Shown here: positions 36,841-48,612 of the stretch, one piece after another
Numbering within the stretch: position 1 is the stretch's first letter
Layout of the letters: every line of letters begins with the position of its first letter
Source of the DNA: Thelocarpon superellum
Taxonomy: Eukaryota
Assembly (NCBI GenBank): GCA_026025795.1
Contig: JAPEUG010000007.1
Coordinates: 1-64,000 of the forward strand
Reading direction: 5' to 3'
DNA length: 64,000 nucleotides
The notes under the pieces: model-generated
Told to the model about the DNA's origin: nothing
Database searches by the model: none
Seen by the model: only the letters and a program-made list of their open reading frames with translations
Position numbers and translations under genes: made by a program

Positions 36841-37242
36841 CTACGCAGTAAACTCCCTCGCGATGCGGCTGCGCGACATCACCATGCGCGACGACGGCAC
36901 GGGCTCGCCGACGCTAGCGCAAGTCTGGTCGATCGTCGCCGTCACATTCGCGGCGTCCGTGGCATCGCAAGCCTTTGCCACGCACGGGTCGATCTGCGAT
37001 GCGAGCTGCGGCTTGGAACAATGGCACTTGAAGTCATCGAGGGAGGCGCAGCCATCGGAGCTGAGGGTGGTCAGGAGACAGCTTGCCTGTGGAGGAGAGC
37101 TAGTCAGCACCGGTGTAGAGGCATTGTCCTGCGCAGCCGATACGGCTCCCGGGATACGTACGGAGCAGTTGGGAACCGGAGGTAGATCGGCCTGAGTAAA
37201 GGCGAAAAAGAGCACCGCGAGCGAGATGAGCGTGAACTTCAT
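36841..37242 (-). CDS. Small secreted CFEM-domain protein, about 108 aa
   Basis: Signal peptide MKFTLISLAVLFFAFTQA. After removing intron 37087-37161 (GTACGT...CTGAC...CAG), the 8-Cys CFEM spacing appears: PNCSASCL...GCASLDDFKCHC...PC...AC...TC. Confidence 0.88.
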   Translation of the reverse strand: MKFTLISLAVLFFAFTQADLPPVPNCSVRIPGAVSAAQDNASTPVLTSSPPQASCLLTTLSSDGCASLDDFKCHCSKPQLASQIDPCVAKACDATDAANVTATIDQTCASVGEPVPSSRMVMSRSRIAREFTA

Positions 37243-39213
37243 GGCGGCGGCGGTGGCGTGGAGAAAAGACAGAAAGCCGAGATCGTATATACGTGATATG
37301 CGTGCGTTGATGAGATAGAGCGATGGGAGAGATGGAGAGATTGATGGGTGAAGTGATGCAAAGTCCGGACGTCGAGATCGTGGCCTGTCCAGGGAAAGAC
37401 GAAAGGACCTGGGGTAAGCAGAAGCTTCTTATATGTGAGGTCTGCCACGTGGGGATCGCGGGGAGCGCAAGGAAGGCGTAACCAGCATCGTCATCGACGG
37501 AGCAAACAGCGTTTCCAGAAACGCATCATCCCATTCCAAGACACGGTGGATGCGGGGAGCGGAGCGGAGCAGAGCAGTATGCGGAGCACGACGTAGGGTC
37601 GTGAAGAGGAGGAGCGACGCCAAAACATCTTTCGCTTTCTTAGGCCCGGAGATGAAGTCACGATCACAAGCCAGGACGTGCCAAGGCGGGGGAATGCAAA
37701 GAGCGAAAGTGGAAACCGAGGAGATGAATTTTTACCGGACCACGACCCATCGACCGACCGAGGAAGATGGGCCATAGGTAGGCGGGCAGGTCCGTACCTT
37801 CCTACCTACTGTAGCCGAACTAGAGAGGAAGAGAGTAGAAGCGTTGGGTGAAGACGAGTGCGAGTCGGAGACGCACCGAGCATGGCATCTGCTTTCCGGG
37901 GACGCTTTTGACGCCCGGAGACGCGACGAAAGTAGCCCTGTCCACGAGTACAGGTACCTGTACTACTATAGTAACTAGTATTAGCAGTATCGCACGATCC
38001 ACCTTCAACGGTATGGTGCCTCCAAGTGTTGGTGCACTCCTGCGCCGATATCCTGCTACTCTCACTGCATACTACCACCTGTAGTCGTGGTAAGTTAGAA
38101 GTGTATCGCTGCAGTTAGATGTCGAAGCGGTGGTGCCACTCACCTAGACACCTGATGCATAACGGAAACGGAACCGGGCCGGCGGGCGCAAATCGCATCT
38201 GGGAGGCCGCCGCGTTTCAACGCCCGCCAAGGAATGAGCGTAGGGGAGTGACGTGCTCGTGGTCAGGGGAGCATGTAGGCGAAGCTTGGCCGAAGACCGG
38301 CCGAAACTCTGCGCACACTCGTCGGTCTGTGCTTTCCCGACTCGTCTACTGCACCCGCGCCGGCGCCGCGTCGGCGTGTCCGCGTCCGCGTCCGCGTCCA
38401 CACCCGCCCTGACACCCGAACGGTGGGACACAAGGATGCCGAAATGCTTGGCGATGCGATGCTTGCCTGTCTTCACTCTGAACTTGCAGTTGCGTACCAT
38501 ACTTGGCGCTCACACTCCACCACACGATCCCACAACACGAGAAAGAAAGGAAGCTAAGGAAGGTTTCTTTGTGAGCCAAGGTCATTCCGTTTGCGTCCGC
38601 CGCCGGTCGCCTTGCCATGTTTTCTCCCTTCCCATCCTCGTACCTGTCAATTCCTTGTCATGTGCATTCCTACAGCAGCTGTGCCGTCCGCTTATCTACC
38701 TTACTGTGGACAGTCGTCGTCCGACCCAAGATCTCGTCCGGTCGGACCGACACGTGTCGGCGAAACTTCTCTTGGCGTTGTTGTCCTGTGACAGTCTCCG
38801 ATTACTTCATCATCTCTCCCGCCGGTCGCACCTGTCCGACGCAAATAAGTGATGAGGCGGACATCATGAGGGAATCTGGCAACGATGCCAAGGACCTGGC
38901 AGGTCAAAGGTTGGAATTTACCATAGCATTGGCTCCTTCCTCACATCCCACTTCCCACAAGTCGTACGCTGCAAAATCAATCCGGACTCATGGAATCCAT
39001 GTGCCGTGCAAGTAATGGCCAAAGCTCCGCGTGCTGTCCGACACCGGCCTCGAAGAAGCCACAGTCATGAACCCGACAAACTGACCGAGACAACCCGCAT
39101 CATGACACAGCGCGTCACCAACAGTGCGAACCCGAAATCCATCGCCGGCTCAGTCTCGGCTCCAAACACCCCCGCGTCCCGTGCCGTCCCGCTATCCCTC
39201 AGCCGCCAAGCCG

Positions 39214-39819
39214 TCAGCCCGTGTGGGCATTGTTATGATTGTCGTCCCGGCTCTGCTTCTCCAACAGAACCAGGCCCGTCAACAAGATCAGGTGTCGCTG
39301 GTCTGGCGGAAGGGGTCGGTAGAAGAGGAACTTGAAGTTCTTGCCCCACCCCTTGGCCAAGATGACGGCCAGCATCTCGTCGGTGGCAGTGTCGACGAGC
39401 TTGAGGTTGCCTTTGCGCGCCTCCACCGAGGGATCGATCTGTCGATAGCGTTGACTGGTCTTCTTCCACGTGAGCGCCCTCCCCTGACCATTCGACATGG
39501 TGGTCCAGTTGTAGGCGAAGGACCAGTTCGACCCTCGCTCCAGCGTGAACCCATCCCGCACTTGGCCACGTCGGTCGACGTTGCCCAGATTGAAGCGAAT
39601 GGTGGAGGAGAAGGCACCGCCGAACTTGGCCACGCCCACCACCTCGCCGGGTTGGGGACCGCTCTCGAGGCAGAGGGTGATGTCGGGCTTGCTCCCGCCC
39701 CACGTCGCATAGTCCACGCTGTACACGGCGACATCTTGGTGATCGAGGAGCTCGAGTTTCCGCGACTGGAGCGCCGGTCGAGAGCAGGTCAGCTCCTGGA
39801 CTGGCAGGGCCTCGGACAT
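39214..39819 (-). CDS. Fungal hypothetical protein, possibly LURP-one/Tubby-C-like (DUF6593-type), 201 aa
   Basis: Protein-like composition with KPDITL..GEVVGVAKF, LTWKKTS, NLKLVD...LAV and a terminal hydrophobic helix LILLTGLVLLEK, as seen in this fungal family. The family name is from recollection. Confidence 0.65.
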   Translation of the reverse strand: MSEALPVQELTCSRPALQSRKLELLDHQDVAVYSVDYATWGGSKPDITLCLESGPQPGEVVGVAKFGGAFSSTIRFNLGNVDRRGQVRDGFTLERGSNWSFAYNWTTMSNGQGRALTWKKTSQRYRQIDPSVEARKGNLKLVDTATDEMLAVILAKGWGKNFKFLFYRPLPPDQRHLILLTGLVLLEKQSRDDNHNNAHTG

Positions 39820-40830
39820 GTCGTGGTCTCGGTGGAGCGTCGGCCAGGCGGGTGGGATGGGGACCGCTCAGCTCGGAAGCCGACCGAGGCTCCTCCGGGA
39901 AGAGAAGGGGTTTGCTGGGACCGCTCTCAGCGAGAGATTCTCCGCGAGAGCACCAGATGGTCCAAGGAGAAAGGACTCACTTCCCCCGAGGCACGGATAT
40001 ATTCCGAAGGTGTCCGGACGACACCCCCCACGATGTAAAACCCCGCGGCCGGCAGCGGCGGGCCGGATGAGGAGAGCCCAGCGCTAAAGCCGGTGGGCGT
40101 GAGCTGTCACATCATGTGATTCGATAATGCCGCCCCGGGCTGAGGGCTGTCAAGCGGGAGTGTCTTTTTGACAGCCTATCTCCATCTACCAGTAGGATGG
40201 ACAGCCGCTGCAGCATTGAACTTTGAGCGTCGTCGATCGTTGCGCAAAGCGATAAGTGGGGCCAACAGGGTTGCGCCACAAATCTCCTAACATTCCTCCT
40301 AGACGGCCTCCTAGTGAACCTCCTACAAATTCTCCGTGAAAGTCTCCGGTCGGTCGCAGCCACGGACTCTTAGTGGCCGCGGCCTCCTGGAGGCTTGCAA
40401 ACGGTGGGTGTGCTTTTATGCGAGCTTGCGTTCGGCGAGCATTATTAGAGCTGGGCCCAGCCGCGGTTATCCCAAACTCTCGCTAGCAACTACGGAGTGT
40501 CCGTCGGGTAATTGGGACCGTCGGTACCGTCCAATCCTCGCCGACTCGCACGACCAAGACGCTCGCATTTCGCGGCAAAGGTTCGACGACTTCGGGCCCT
40601 CCCACGCTAGCTACGCGCTACCCCTCAGTATGTTCTAGCGTGCCCAGCCGCGGATAAACAACTTTGCACAAAATCTCATCCGTCGCTTGCCATATCTTGT
40701 GCGTCAGCCACACTGGTGCGTTTCCCGGCGCCGTCCCTCACCTACCACCTGTCTCGCAGCGCCCGCGTTACACCCTTACGAGCACTCTCCTCTCCCCTCT
40801 TCTCTCCCGTCTTTCGACCGTCACGTCGCC

Positions 40831-41484
40831 ATGACGTCATGTCGGCTCACCCATGCCATTCGACCCATTCTTGCGCCATCATGTCGAGGTCAGGCACCAC
40901 TGTCCACATCTCGCACGCGGCCATGGCCGCTCACACGCCAACAACCACCGTCACCACCATCGTCGGCGGAGCTAGGCTGTTCGACCGCAGCAACATCGCT
41001 CTGCCGCTTCGTCCGCCAGCACGACTCGCCAGGGTCGGGAGCACGGCTGTACCATAATCCTGCGCGGCAACTACGCAGCAGAGGACATGTACCTGCGCCG
41101 CTGCTCTCTACTCGTCCGCCGGCGCTGCCTCCGCAAAGACGCCAGCGAGGTGAATGGCTTCGCTGGAACCGCAGCCTCGCGACCTCGTCCACCGCCACCG
41201 CTCAGGCATCTTCACCTCCACCGTCGCCAGCTTCGCTGCCGCCGGACGAGCTCACGGTGCAGGAGCAGGCCGTGTGGACGAAGCTCCAGGTGGCGCTGCG
41301 GCCGACGAAGCTCGAGATCCAGGATATCTCGGGCGGGTGTGGGTCCATGTACGCGATTGAGATTGTCGCGCCAGACGCGTTCAAAGATCTTGGCGTCGTT
41401 CAGATGCATCGCAGGGTGAATGCGATTCTCAAGGATGATATTCGGTCCTGGCATGGCGTTCGGCTGGTGACGAGAGTGGCGTAG
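40831..41484 (+). CDS. Mitochondrial BolA-family protein (Bol3/Aim1-like), about 217 aa
   Basis: C-terminal BolA domain LRPTKLEIQDISGGCGSMYAIEI...F...VQMHRRVNAILKDDIRSWHGVRL, preceded by an Arg/Ser-rich presequence-like N-terminus. The start codon is uncertain. Confidence 0.85.
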   Translation: MTSCRLTHAIRPILAPSCRGQAPLSTSRTRPWPLTRQQPPSPPSSAELGCSTAATSLCRFVRQHDSPGSGARLYHNPARQLRSRGHVPAPLLSTRPPALPPQRRQRGEWLRWNRSLATSSTATAQASSPPPSPASLPPDELTVQEQAVWTKLQVALRPTKLEIQDISGGCGSMYAIEIVAPDAFKDLGVVQMHRRVNAILKDDIRSWHGVRLVTRVA

Positions 41485-41718
41485 CATGCCCGATGATTAC
41501 TTGTATGAGATAGTCGCTGGGCACGCTAGACCATGGCGATGTACAATATCGGGCCGGGGCGGGACGGGACGGAGCGATGCATGACATAGTTCACGCGGAA
41601 GACAGAAGACATGGGACATGGGACAGGCGACCGCAGGATTTACTGGACCCCTCGGGGTTGGATGGGATTTGCACTGGTCTTCTAAAGGCTAGAGAGCTGG
41701 CAGGAGAGAGGCCGCCGT

Positions 41719-44700
41719 CTAGTTGTGCGGCCCGTGGAGGGGACGGGCCATGACCCAGACGCGAGCCTCCATGCAGCGCTCATCCTCCTCAAAGACCTCA
41801 CCAGCCTCGCGCCCGTTGTGGCGGTCGAAGAAGATGCCGAGGTTGGCGTCGAAGCATTTGCCCTGACTATCCGCCTTGATGAGGAGCCGATGAGCACGCT
41901 GCGTCGCTTCCGTCTGCAGGATCTGCTGGCTGAGCGGGATGCGGCCAGACGGATACAAACGGCGCAGATGGCGCTTGAGCACGCCGAAGGCGGCGCTATT
42001 CGCGGTCTGCAGATGCGTGTAGATCTCGTCGCGGCTCGTGGTGGTGACGGTGGCTGTGCCGTCGTCCGGACCCTTGGTCACTGTTTCCCACACCGTGTAG
42101 ACCATCTTGGGCACGACTCGGGCAGGCGCCGTGTAAGCGGACCCCGCCGCGGCATCGGCGACGAGCACGCGCTGCACAAAGACCATGACGCTGCCGTGGG
42201 TGTCCGAGGTCCCAGTCATGGTCAGCATGCCCGTCTCCTCCTCGCGTGAGGTATTGACTTCGTCGAAGAGACCCAGGCCGTCGGGGGTCGTCGCTGCATG
42301 GAGGCGGTACAGCTCGCGGTAGGCAGCGCGAGTGGCCTCGTCAGGCTTCAGGTACTCACCCTGCAGAATGGGCTTCGCATGCTCCTCTTGCGCGTCGCCT
42401 TTCCACGCCGTTCGGTAGACGTGGTAGACAAAGTGGGTGGTTTCCTCGGGTGGTTCCTGGCGAAAGGACGTTTCCGATGCTTGGACGGGAGGCTGCGGCG
42501 CCTCGCTTGGCTGGGAGACGGCGTAGAAGTACATCTCGTAGCGATTCGCCCGCGTGGGGCCTGGCTGACGCGGGCGGTGCGTCAGGGCCGAGTAGGCGGA
42601 GGCTCGGGCTTCATGTCCTTGCTGATGGCCGTCATGCTCCGGTTGATGAGCCGCATCGTCCGCGAAGCGAACTCTACCACGGCTTCCTTGGGCTGATGAT
42701 ACGTCAAGTGAGAATTGGTCCGACGGGAGAGGGGTGGGCATGGAGCTTGCTCACCAGCGTTCTCCAATTCGCGGTCCTCCTCATGACCGTGGTGCCCCGG
42801 GGTGGCTCCCTGTGACGCAGGTAGCTTATCGTCTTCGTCCTCCTCACTATCGCCAGACTCTTCCGCAAAGGTCCCCACCATGCCGTGCTGACGACGGAAC
42901 TCCTCCAACTCAGCCCTAGAGACAGCGCGACCGACTGGATAGCCGGCCGCCGGGTCGGCATCCATCCACACAACTGCGCCGGGGGGAAGATCGGTGACGG
43001 GGGCTTCAGACTCGACATCGACACGGTGGATGCTGGAACGCGGGATACCAGTGGTTTGATGATCCATCTTCTTCAAAACAGCGGTGTCTGCCGCGCGTGT
43101 TGAAGATGGTGGAGTGTTTTGGCTTCCGTCTCCTTTAGCAACATCTTGCGGTGAGTGCGAAGCGCCGGTGAATGGTGACTGGGCCTGGCTGTCGATTGGA
43201 CTCTGCCCTTCGTCCCATACATACTGGCGTGCAATGTCCTGGAACACCTGTCCGCTTAGACCTTGCCCGTACAGGACGTTTGACTGGGTCTGGCGGGGTC
43301 CAACTCCAACTTTCCTCGACCTTGAGGCTGAGCGCTGTCTTTGCCCAATCGCTCGACCCACGTCAGCCATGCGATCGGCAGGTCGGTCGTCCACCACCGG
43401 TGTTGCCTCTTCTTTTGCGGTTCCTAGCGATGTTTGCTTTGACTTTCTCCTTTCACGACGCAGTCGATTGTACCGCTCCCGTTTGTCTTCTGAGACCGTG
43501 ACTGGTGGCACGGAAATGGGGCCACGAGACTGAGTAGTTGGGGGATACCCATCCTCATCAATGCTGAAACTGGAGTCATCGGAGCTCCTCGACAGCACGG
43601 CTAATTCGACCTTCGGGTCGGCAATCTCGGAGTCGGAGGAGCGACTCTCGTCATGACGATGTGGCAACGCGTCCGATGATGGGCCCATGTCTTTCGCTTC
43701 CAATACCACGGCATCTTGGAAGGTTGGCACGTCGGGCCGGTCAGGGAAACACTGGGTCGAAGTCAAGCTCTCCCACGGTACGAGGGGAGGCGGGCCGGGA
43801 GGGATGACAACCTCGTCGCGCATTAGGTCCGGATTTGTCTCTGTCTCTCCACTCCCTTGGTCATACTCCGATCGGACCGACCGAAGTATAGGAGTGGGGA
43901 CCTGTACCGTGGCGTCTTCTTGTCGCATCGATCCTTCCACCCGGGCACTCTGAGATCTGGCGCTGAACTCCGCGAAAATCTCCTCGAGCGAGGGTAGCGA
44001 ACCCTCCGACACCCGGCTCTCCAAATCCTCTTCCCTCGCCATACCGTCTCGCTCAGACGATGCAAGCGGCTCGGCATGCTGCGTACGCTCAACAGCAACT
44101 TCCTCGACCGGAACGTCTTCGGGCGGCAACGAGACAAGTTCCATGGTGAGGGTCGGCCGGGCGTCATCCTTGGCCAAGAGAGCAAGAACACCATCGATCA
44201 TCGAGGTCGCCCAGTGGTGGAGGATGTTGTTCTGGAGGAACCCCTCGCCCAAGGTAGAGAGACCGGGAGTCCCCTGAGTCCCGGGCGATCCCATGATGCC
44301 TTGGATAGATTGTTCTGAAGTGCGCATAGGGCTCGGCGAGGTACTCCCTGGACGTATTGGAAGACGTATCGGCAAGGGAGCTCCGTCAATGCCCTCCCGT
44401 CTACTTCTAGGCTCCAACTCTGATCCTGGTCCGGTGAGTGGAGATGATCGATCCGGCTTGCTGACGTTAGGCAATTCATTCGCCTGACGGGAAGACGCCT
44501 CAGTCTCTTGATCCACGTCCGTGATATGCGGGGGATGGAGCCGGAGGACCCGTGTCCGCGAGAGGTGGTCTTCCAGAAAGCTATCCTCCGACCCCGAGGC
44601 AGATATTTCGTGGCAATCCCCCGTACCCACCGAGGTCAACCAAGGAGATGGCGGGCCGCCGAAGAACGAGGTTGAAAAGAAGACGGTCTGAAGACTGCCC

Positions 44701-45488
44701 GGGTAAAGCTCGTCCTTGACGGCGTCGGACGATCCGCCCGACTGAAGCTGGTGCAAGGCTGAGGGAGAATCCTGGCAAGGATCGACGGTCTCGGCAGCTG
44801 GATGAATGAGACTGTCGCTTTGTTTGGACAACGACTGCGTTGCACCGGCCGCTCGGAGTGCAGCCCGGGTGAAATCAGACGTGAAGATTGCCCGAGTCTC
44901 ACCACCTTGCCCTGGTGGAACCTTTGATCTCACAGCCTGAGAGCAAACATCGCTGTGCTGTGACCGTGCACCGGTCGCGGTGGCACTGGCGGCAACTGCG
45001 CTTTCGATAAGTGACGCTGCCCTGCTCCACGGGGTCCTCTGAATTACCTGAGAGGTGGTATGCCGCCCACTCGGCTTCTCCGCACCTCTCTGAAAGACCA
45101 CCATCGCCTCGCCAGATGTCACTCGCGCAGCCGGCGGCGATGTCGACCGCAGCGAGTTGATGAGGCCGGGATCCAAGAAGCTCGTCAACGGAGGAAGTGG
45201 CCTGGTTGCCGAGGACGGGCGGAGCATGTCCGAAACTGTCTGAGACGTGGAATGGACACCTTGCGAGACCGTGGACTCGAAGGTGGGGGTGTCAAGATCC
45301 TCCTCGTCGGACGAGATTTCAATCACCTCTAGGGGCGTTTGCATCATCACTTGGCAGGGACTTTCACGCTTCGGGGTCTTCTGGGGCCGGGGCGAGAAGG
45401 GCGGCGATGACTCTCTCTTCTTGCAGGACTCGGGGAAGATCCATGGTGACGCACCAAAGGCGTTCGAGAAGCCTGCGGTATCGTTCAT
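41719..45488 (-). CDS. Large, mostly disordered hypothetical protein with a globular C-terminal domain, about 1235 aa
   Basis: ORFs 42582-45488 and 41719-42741 join in frame via intron 42693-42754 (GTGAGC...TTGAC...CAG; G|CC=Ala). Contains SIM-like VIEISSDEED, a basic NLS-like RRERRKSK and RVxF-like GRVRFADD. Confidence 0.72.
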
Positions 45489-46362
45489 GATTAGCAGAGG
45501 TGATCACAGTGAAAACCACCTCAAGAACGGTTGGAGAAAGGTGTGATCCGCAGGGAAGATGACCGGTGACGGAAGATTCAGGCAGACAGTGTGGCTGCAG
45601 CTGCTTGTATGATCGAACGGTGAGAGGCTTGATTCGGCTCGGGTCATGATTGTGTCTAGGGACGATCGGCCTGTTGCGTCGACGAGGATGCGGGATACCA
45701 TCGACGCCATGAAATGAGGCTCTGATGTCAGCTACGGGTCATTTCGAGCTGGTGTGGCCAACGGGATTCACAAAGCTTGGAAAGAAACATCTGAGCCATG
45801 TTCAAGATGGCCCAGCGTCTTCGCCTGTCAATAGAGGGGGCTACAGCAATCACGATGTTGTGGGCGCTAAGACAACGACGCTACCAGTCACCGCAGGGAA
45901 CCGATAGACGAGGTTGATGAGGTCTCAATGTTCACAAGCGAGTGGATGAAGAGACGGGAGCACGACATGTTTAATCAGAAGCGAGGTTTGAGATGTGAAC
46001 GAGGATAGATCATTCGAACAGCAGCGTGGACGCTTCCGAGGCCCGGGCGGCTCTATGGCGGCGGGCTCTGATCAAGGGGATTTCAAGGGCGTCATCCAGC
46101 GCTGGTGCAAGGTCAACCATGGGGAGCTGCTGACGGTAGGACTACCCCCACGCAACGTAGGGCGTTCAACCGACGGTGGAAGCCGAAGAGTTAGAATATC
46201 ACGTTGCGTAGAGCAGACCCTGCGTACGCTTTGGAGGGACCCGCCTGCATACATCTGGAGCGTCCAAGCTCCGATTCGTTTACATCATTGGCTGATGGTT
46301 GTTCATCTTGAGGTGTAGGAATCAGAGCTGAATTGCTAATCTACGCGTAGCCGGGATAGTAA

Positions 46363-46401
46363 TAGGAGCGCGCACGTGACCAAGTCACGTGCGCGCTCCT
46401 A
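46363..46401. promoter_or_regulatory. Perfect 18-bp inverted repeat (3-nt spacer) with two GTCACGTG (Cbf1/CDEI-type E-box) motifs
   Basis: TAGGAGCGCGCACGTGAC-CAA-GTCACGTGCGCGCTCCTA, about 180 bp upstream of the DBP9 ATG in a divergent intergenic region. The regulatory role is inferred. Confidence 0.65.
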
Positions 46402-46583
46402 CAGTGGTAACGTTAGATATTTTACGCCGAGTCCCCAGCCGTGCACAACTGTGGCCGAGCTCTTCTCGCTTAGCCAACCAACTAATTAGTTCAGTGGACA
46501 AGATCGAACCGGCAAAGGAAAAGAGTCGACTCCACCTGCACCAAAATACCCCTCCTCCCGTCATATTCTCGAAGATTGACAAG

Positions 46584-48612
46584 ATGAAGCGGAAGCTTGA
46601 TGAGGATAATGTGCCGATGGAGACCTCCTCTTACTCTCCATCGAGCTCCCAAACCACCTTCAGCAATCTAGGACTCGATTCTCGAATACTGCAAGGCGTA
46701 CTGAAGGAACAGTACCCCAAGCCCACTCCCGTCCAGGCCGCCGCCATCCCTCTTGCACTGGAGGGAAAAGACATTCTAGGTATGCACCATCTGTGGCCAT
46801 GATGAATCCTTGGTAGATAATACGGCTAAGGAGACGTAGCTCGTGCCAAAACAGGCTCTGGGAAAACAGCAGCGTATCTGCTTCCCATCCTCCATTCGAT
46901 CCTGAAGCGGAAAACGGTGAGGTTCCTGCAGATCAGTCCATGACCTGGCTGATGATGGATACATTCAGTCTGGCCCTCGCACCAAATGCACGTCCGCCTT
47001 GATCCTGGTCCCGACCCGCGAGCTTGCCGAGCAGGTGTACCGCACGGTGAATTGTCTATCGTCCTTTTGCGCCAAGGATATCCGGGCGGTGAACTTGACG
47101 CACAAGGTGTCGGAAGCGGTGCAGCGGTCATTACTAGCCGATGAGCCGGATGTGGTCATCTCCACGCCTGCACGGGCCTCGCTCAACCTCAAATCTTCGG
47201 CGCTCTCGGTGCAAAGCCTCGCGCATTTGGTCATCGACGAGGCGGACCTGGTCTTGTCGTACGATTATGAGGATGACCTTCAGCACGTGGCGAGAACCGT
47301 GCCGCAAGGTGTGCAGACGTTTCTGATGAGTGCTACGTTGTCGGACGACGTCGACACTCTGAAGGGACTTTTCTGCCGAGACCCCGTCGTGCTGAGGCTC
47401 GATGAGGCCGCCAAAGACGACAGTAGCGTGAGCCAATTTGTGGTCCGGTAGGCTTCCAGTCCCGCATCCGTAGCGGGATAAGGCGTTAACAAACCTAGGT
47501 GTGGGGAAGAGGAGAAGTTCCTTTTGCTGTACGTCATCTTCAAGCTGCGGCTGGTCAAAGGGAAATGTATCGTCTTCGTGGGCGATATCGATCGGTGTTA
47601 TCGACTGAAGCTATTCCTCGAGCAATTTGGCACCAAAAGCTGCGTGCTGAACTCGGAACTACCCGTCAACTCGCGGATCCACGTGGTAGGGGAATTCAAC
47701 AAGAATGTCTACGACATCATCATTGCCACGGATGAGAACGAGGTGATGGGAGATGAAGAGGAGGCAGCGGACGAGGGCGTGACGAATGGCCAGGACGAAG
47801 GTACCCTGAAGTTGCCCAATGGAAAAGAGCAAGCCTCCAAACCCGACAGGCCGAGAAAGGCGGTGGGAGAGAGTTCAAAGCGGCAACGAAAGGACAAGGA
47901 ATATGGGATATCGCGGGGAATCGACTTCAAGAACGTTGCGTGCGTTCTCAACTTCGATCTTCCAACGACCTCCAAATCCTACACCCACCGTATCGGACGA
48001 ACAGCGCGAGCCGGCAACACGGGAATGGCCCTGTCCTTCATGGTACCCGCCGAACTCTATGGGAAGCACAAACCCCTCAGCTTCCCCACAACCCAGCACG
48101 ACGAAGCCGTCCTTGCCAAAATCCGCAAGCAACAGGCCAAAAGTGGACAAGACGTTCAGCCCTACCACTTCGATATGAAGCAAGTCTCCGCCTTCAGATA
48201 TCGCATGGGCGACGCCCTGCGTGCCGTCACACGCATCGCGATCCGCGAGGCGCGCACGCGCGAACTGCGCCAAGAGCTACTGAAGAGCGAGAAGCTCAAG
48301 CGCCACTTCGAGGAGAATCCAGGCGATCTGCACCATCTGCGGCACGACGGCGAACTGCGCGCCGCGAGGGTGCAGTCGCATCTCAAGCATGTGCCGGCCT
48401 ATCTGCTGCCCAAGGAGGGGCGGAAGGCTCTGACAGCGGGAGCCAAGGGCGAGGGCGAGGGTGGGACTAGAGATGAGAAGGGAGGGTTCATGGGCCTGGC
48501 GAGAAACAAGGACAGAGTGGACAGACGTGGCAGAGGCGGTGGACGCGGCGGCAAGCGACCAGGCGGAAAAGTCGACCCGTTGAAGTCATTCAAGGCGCGT
48601 CGTCTGCGCTAA
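46584..48612 (+). CDS. DBP9: DEAD-box RNA helicase Dbp9 (DDX56), about 621 aa
   Basis: MKRKLD start, Q motif [48 protein letters not shown] and [11 protein letters not shown]. Introns 46780-46839, 46917-46968 and 47448-47498. Confidence 0.95.

Noticed and set aside
24419..37242. Secondary-metabolite biosynthetic cluster around the GMC oxidoreductase
   Set aside because: There is no PKS, NRPS, terpene synthase, RiPP precursor with repeated Kex2-flanked cores, transporter or cluster transcription factor in the window.
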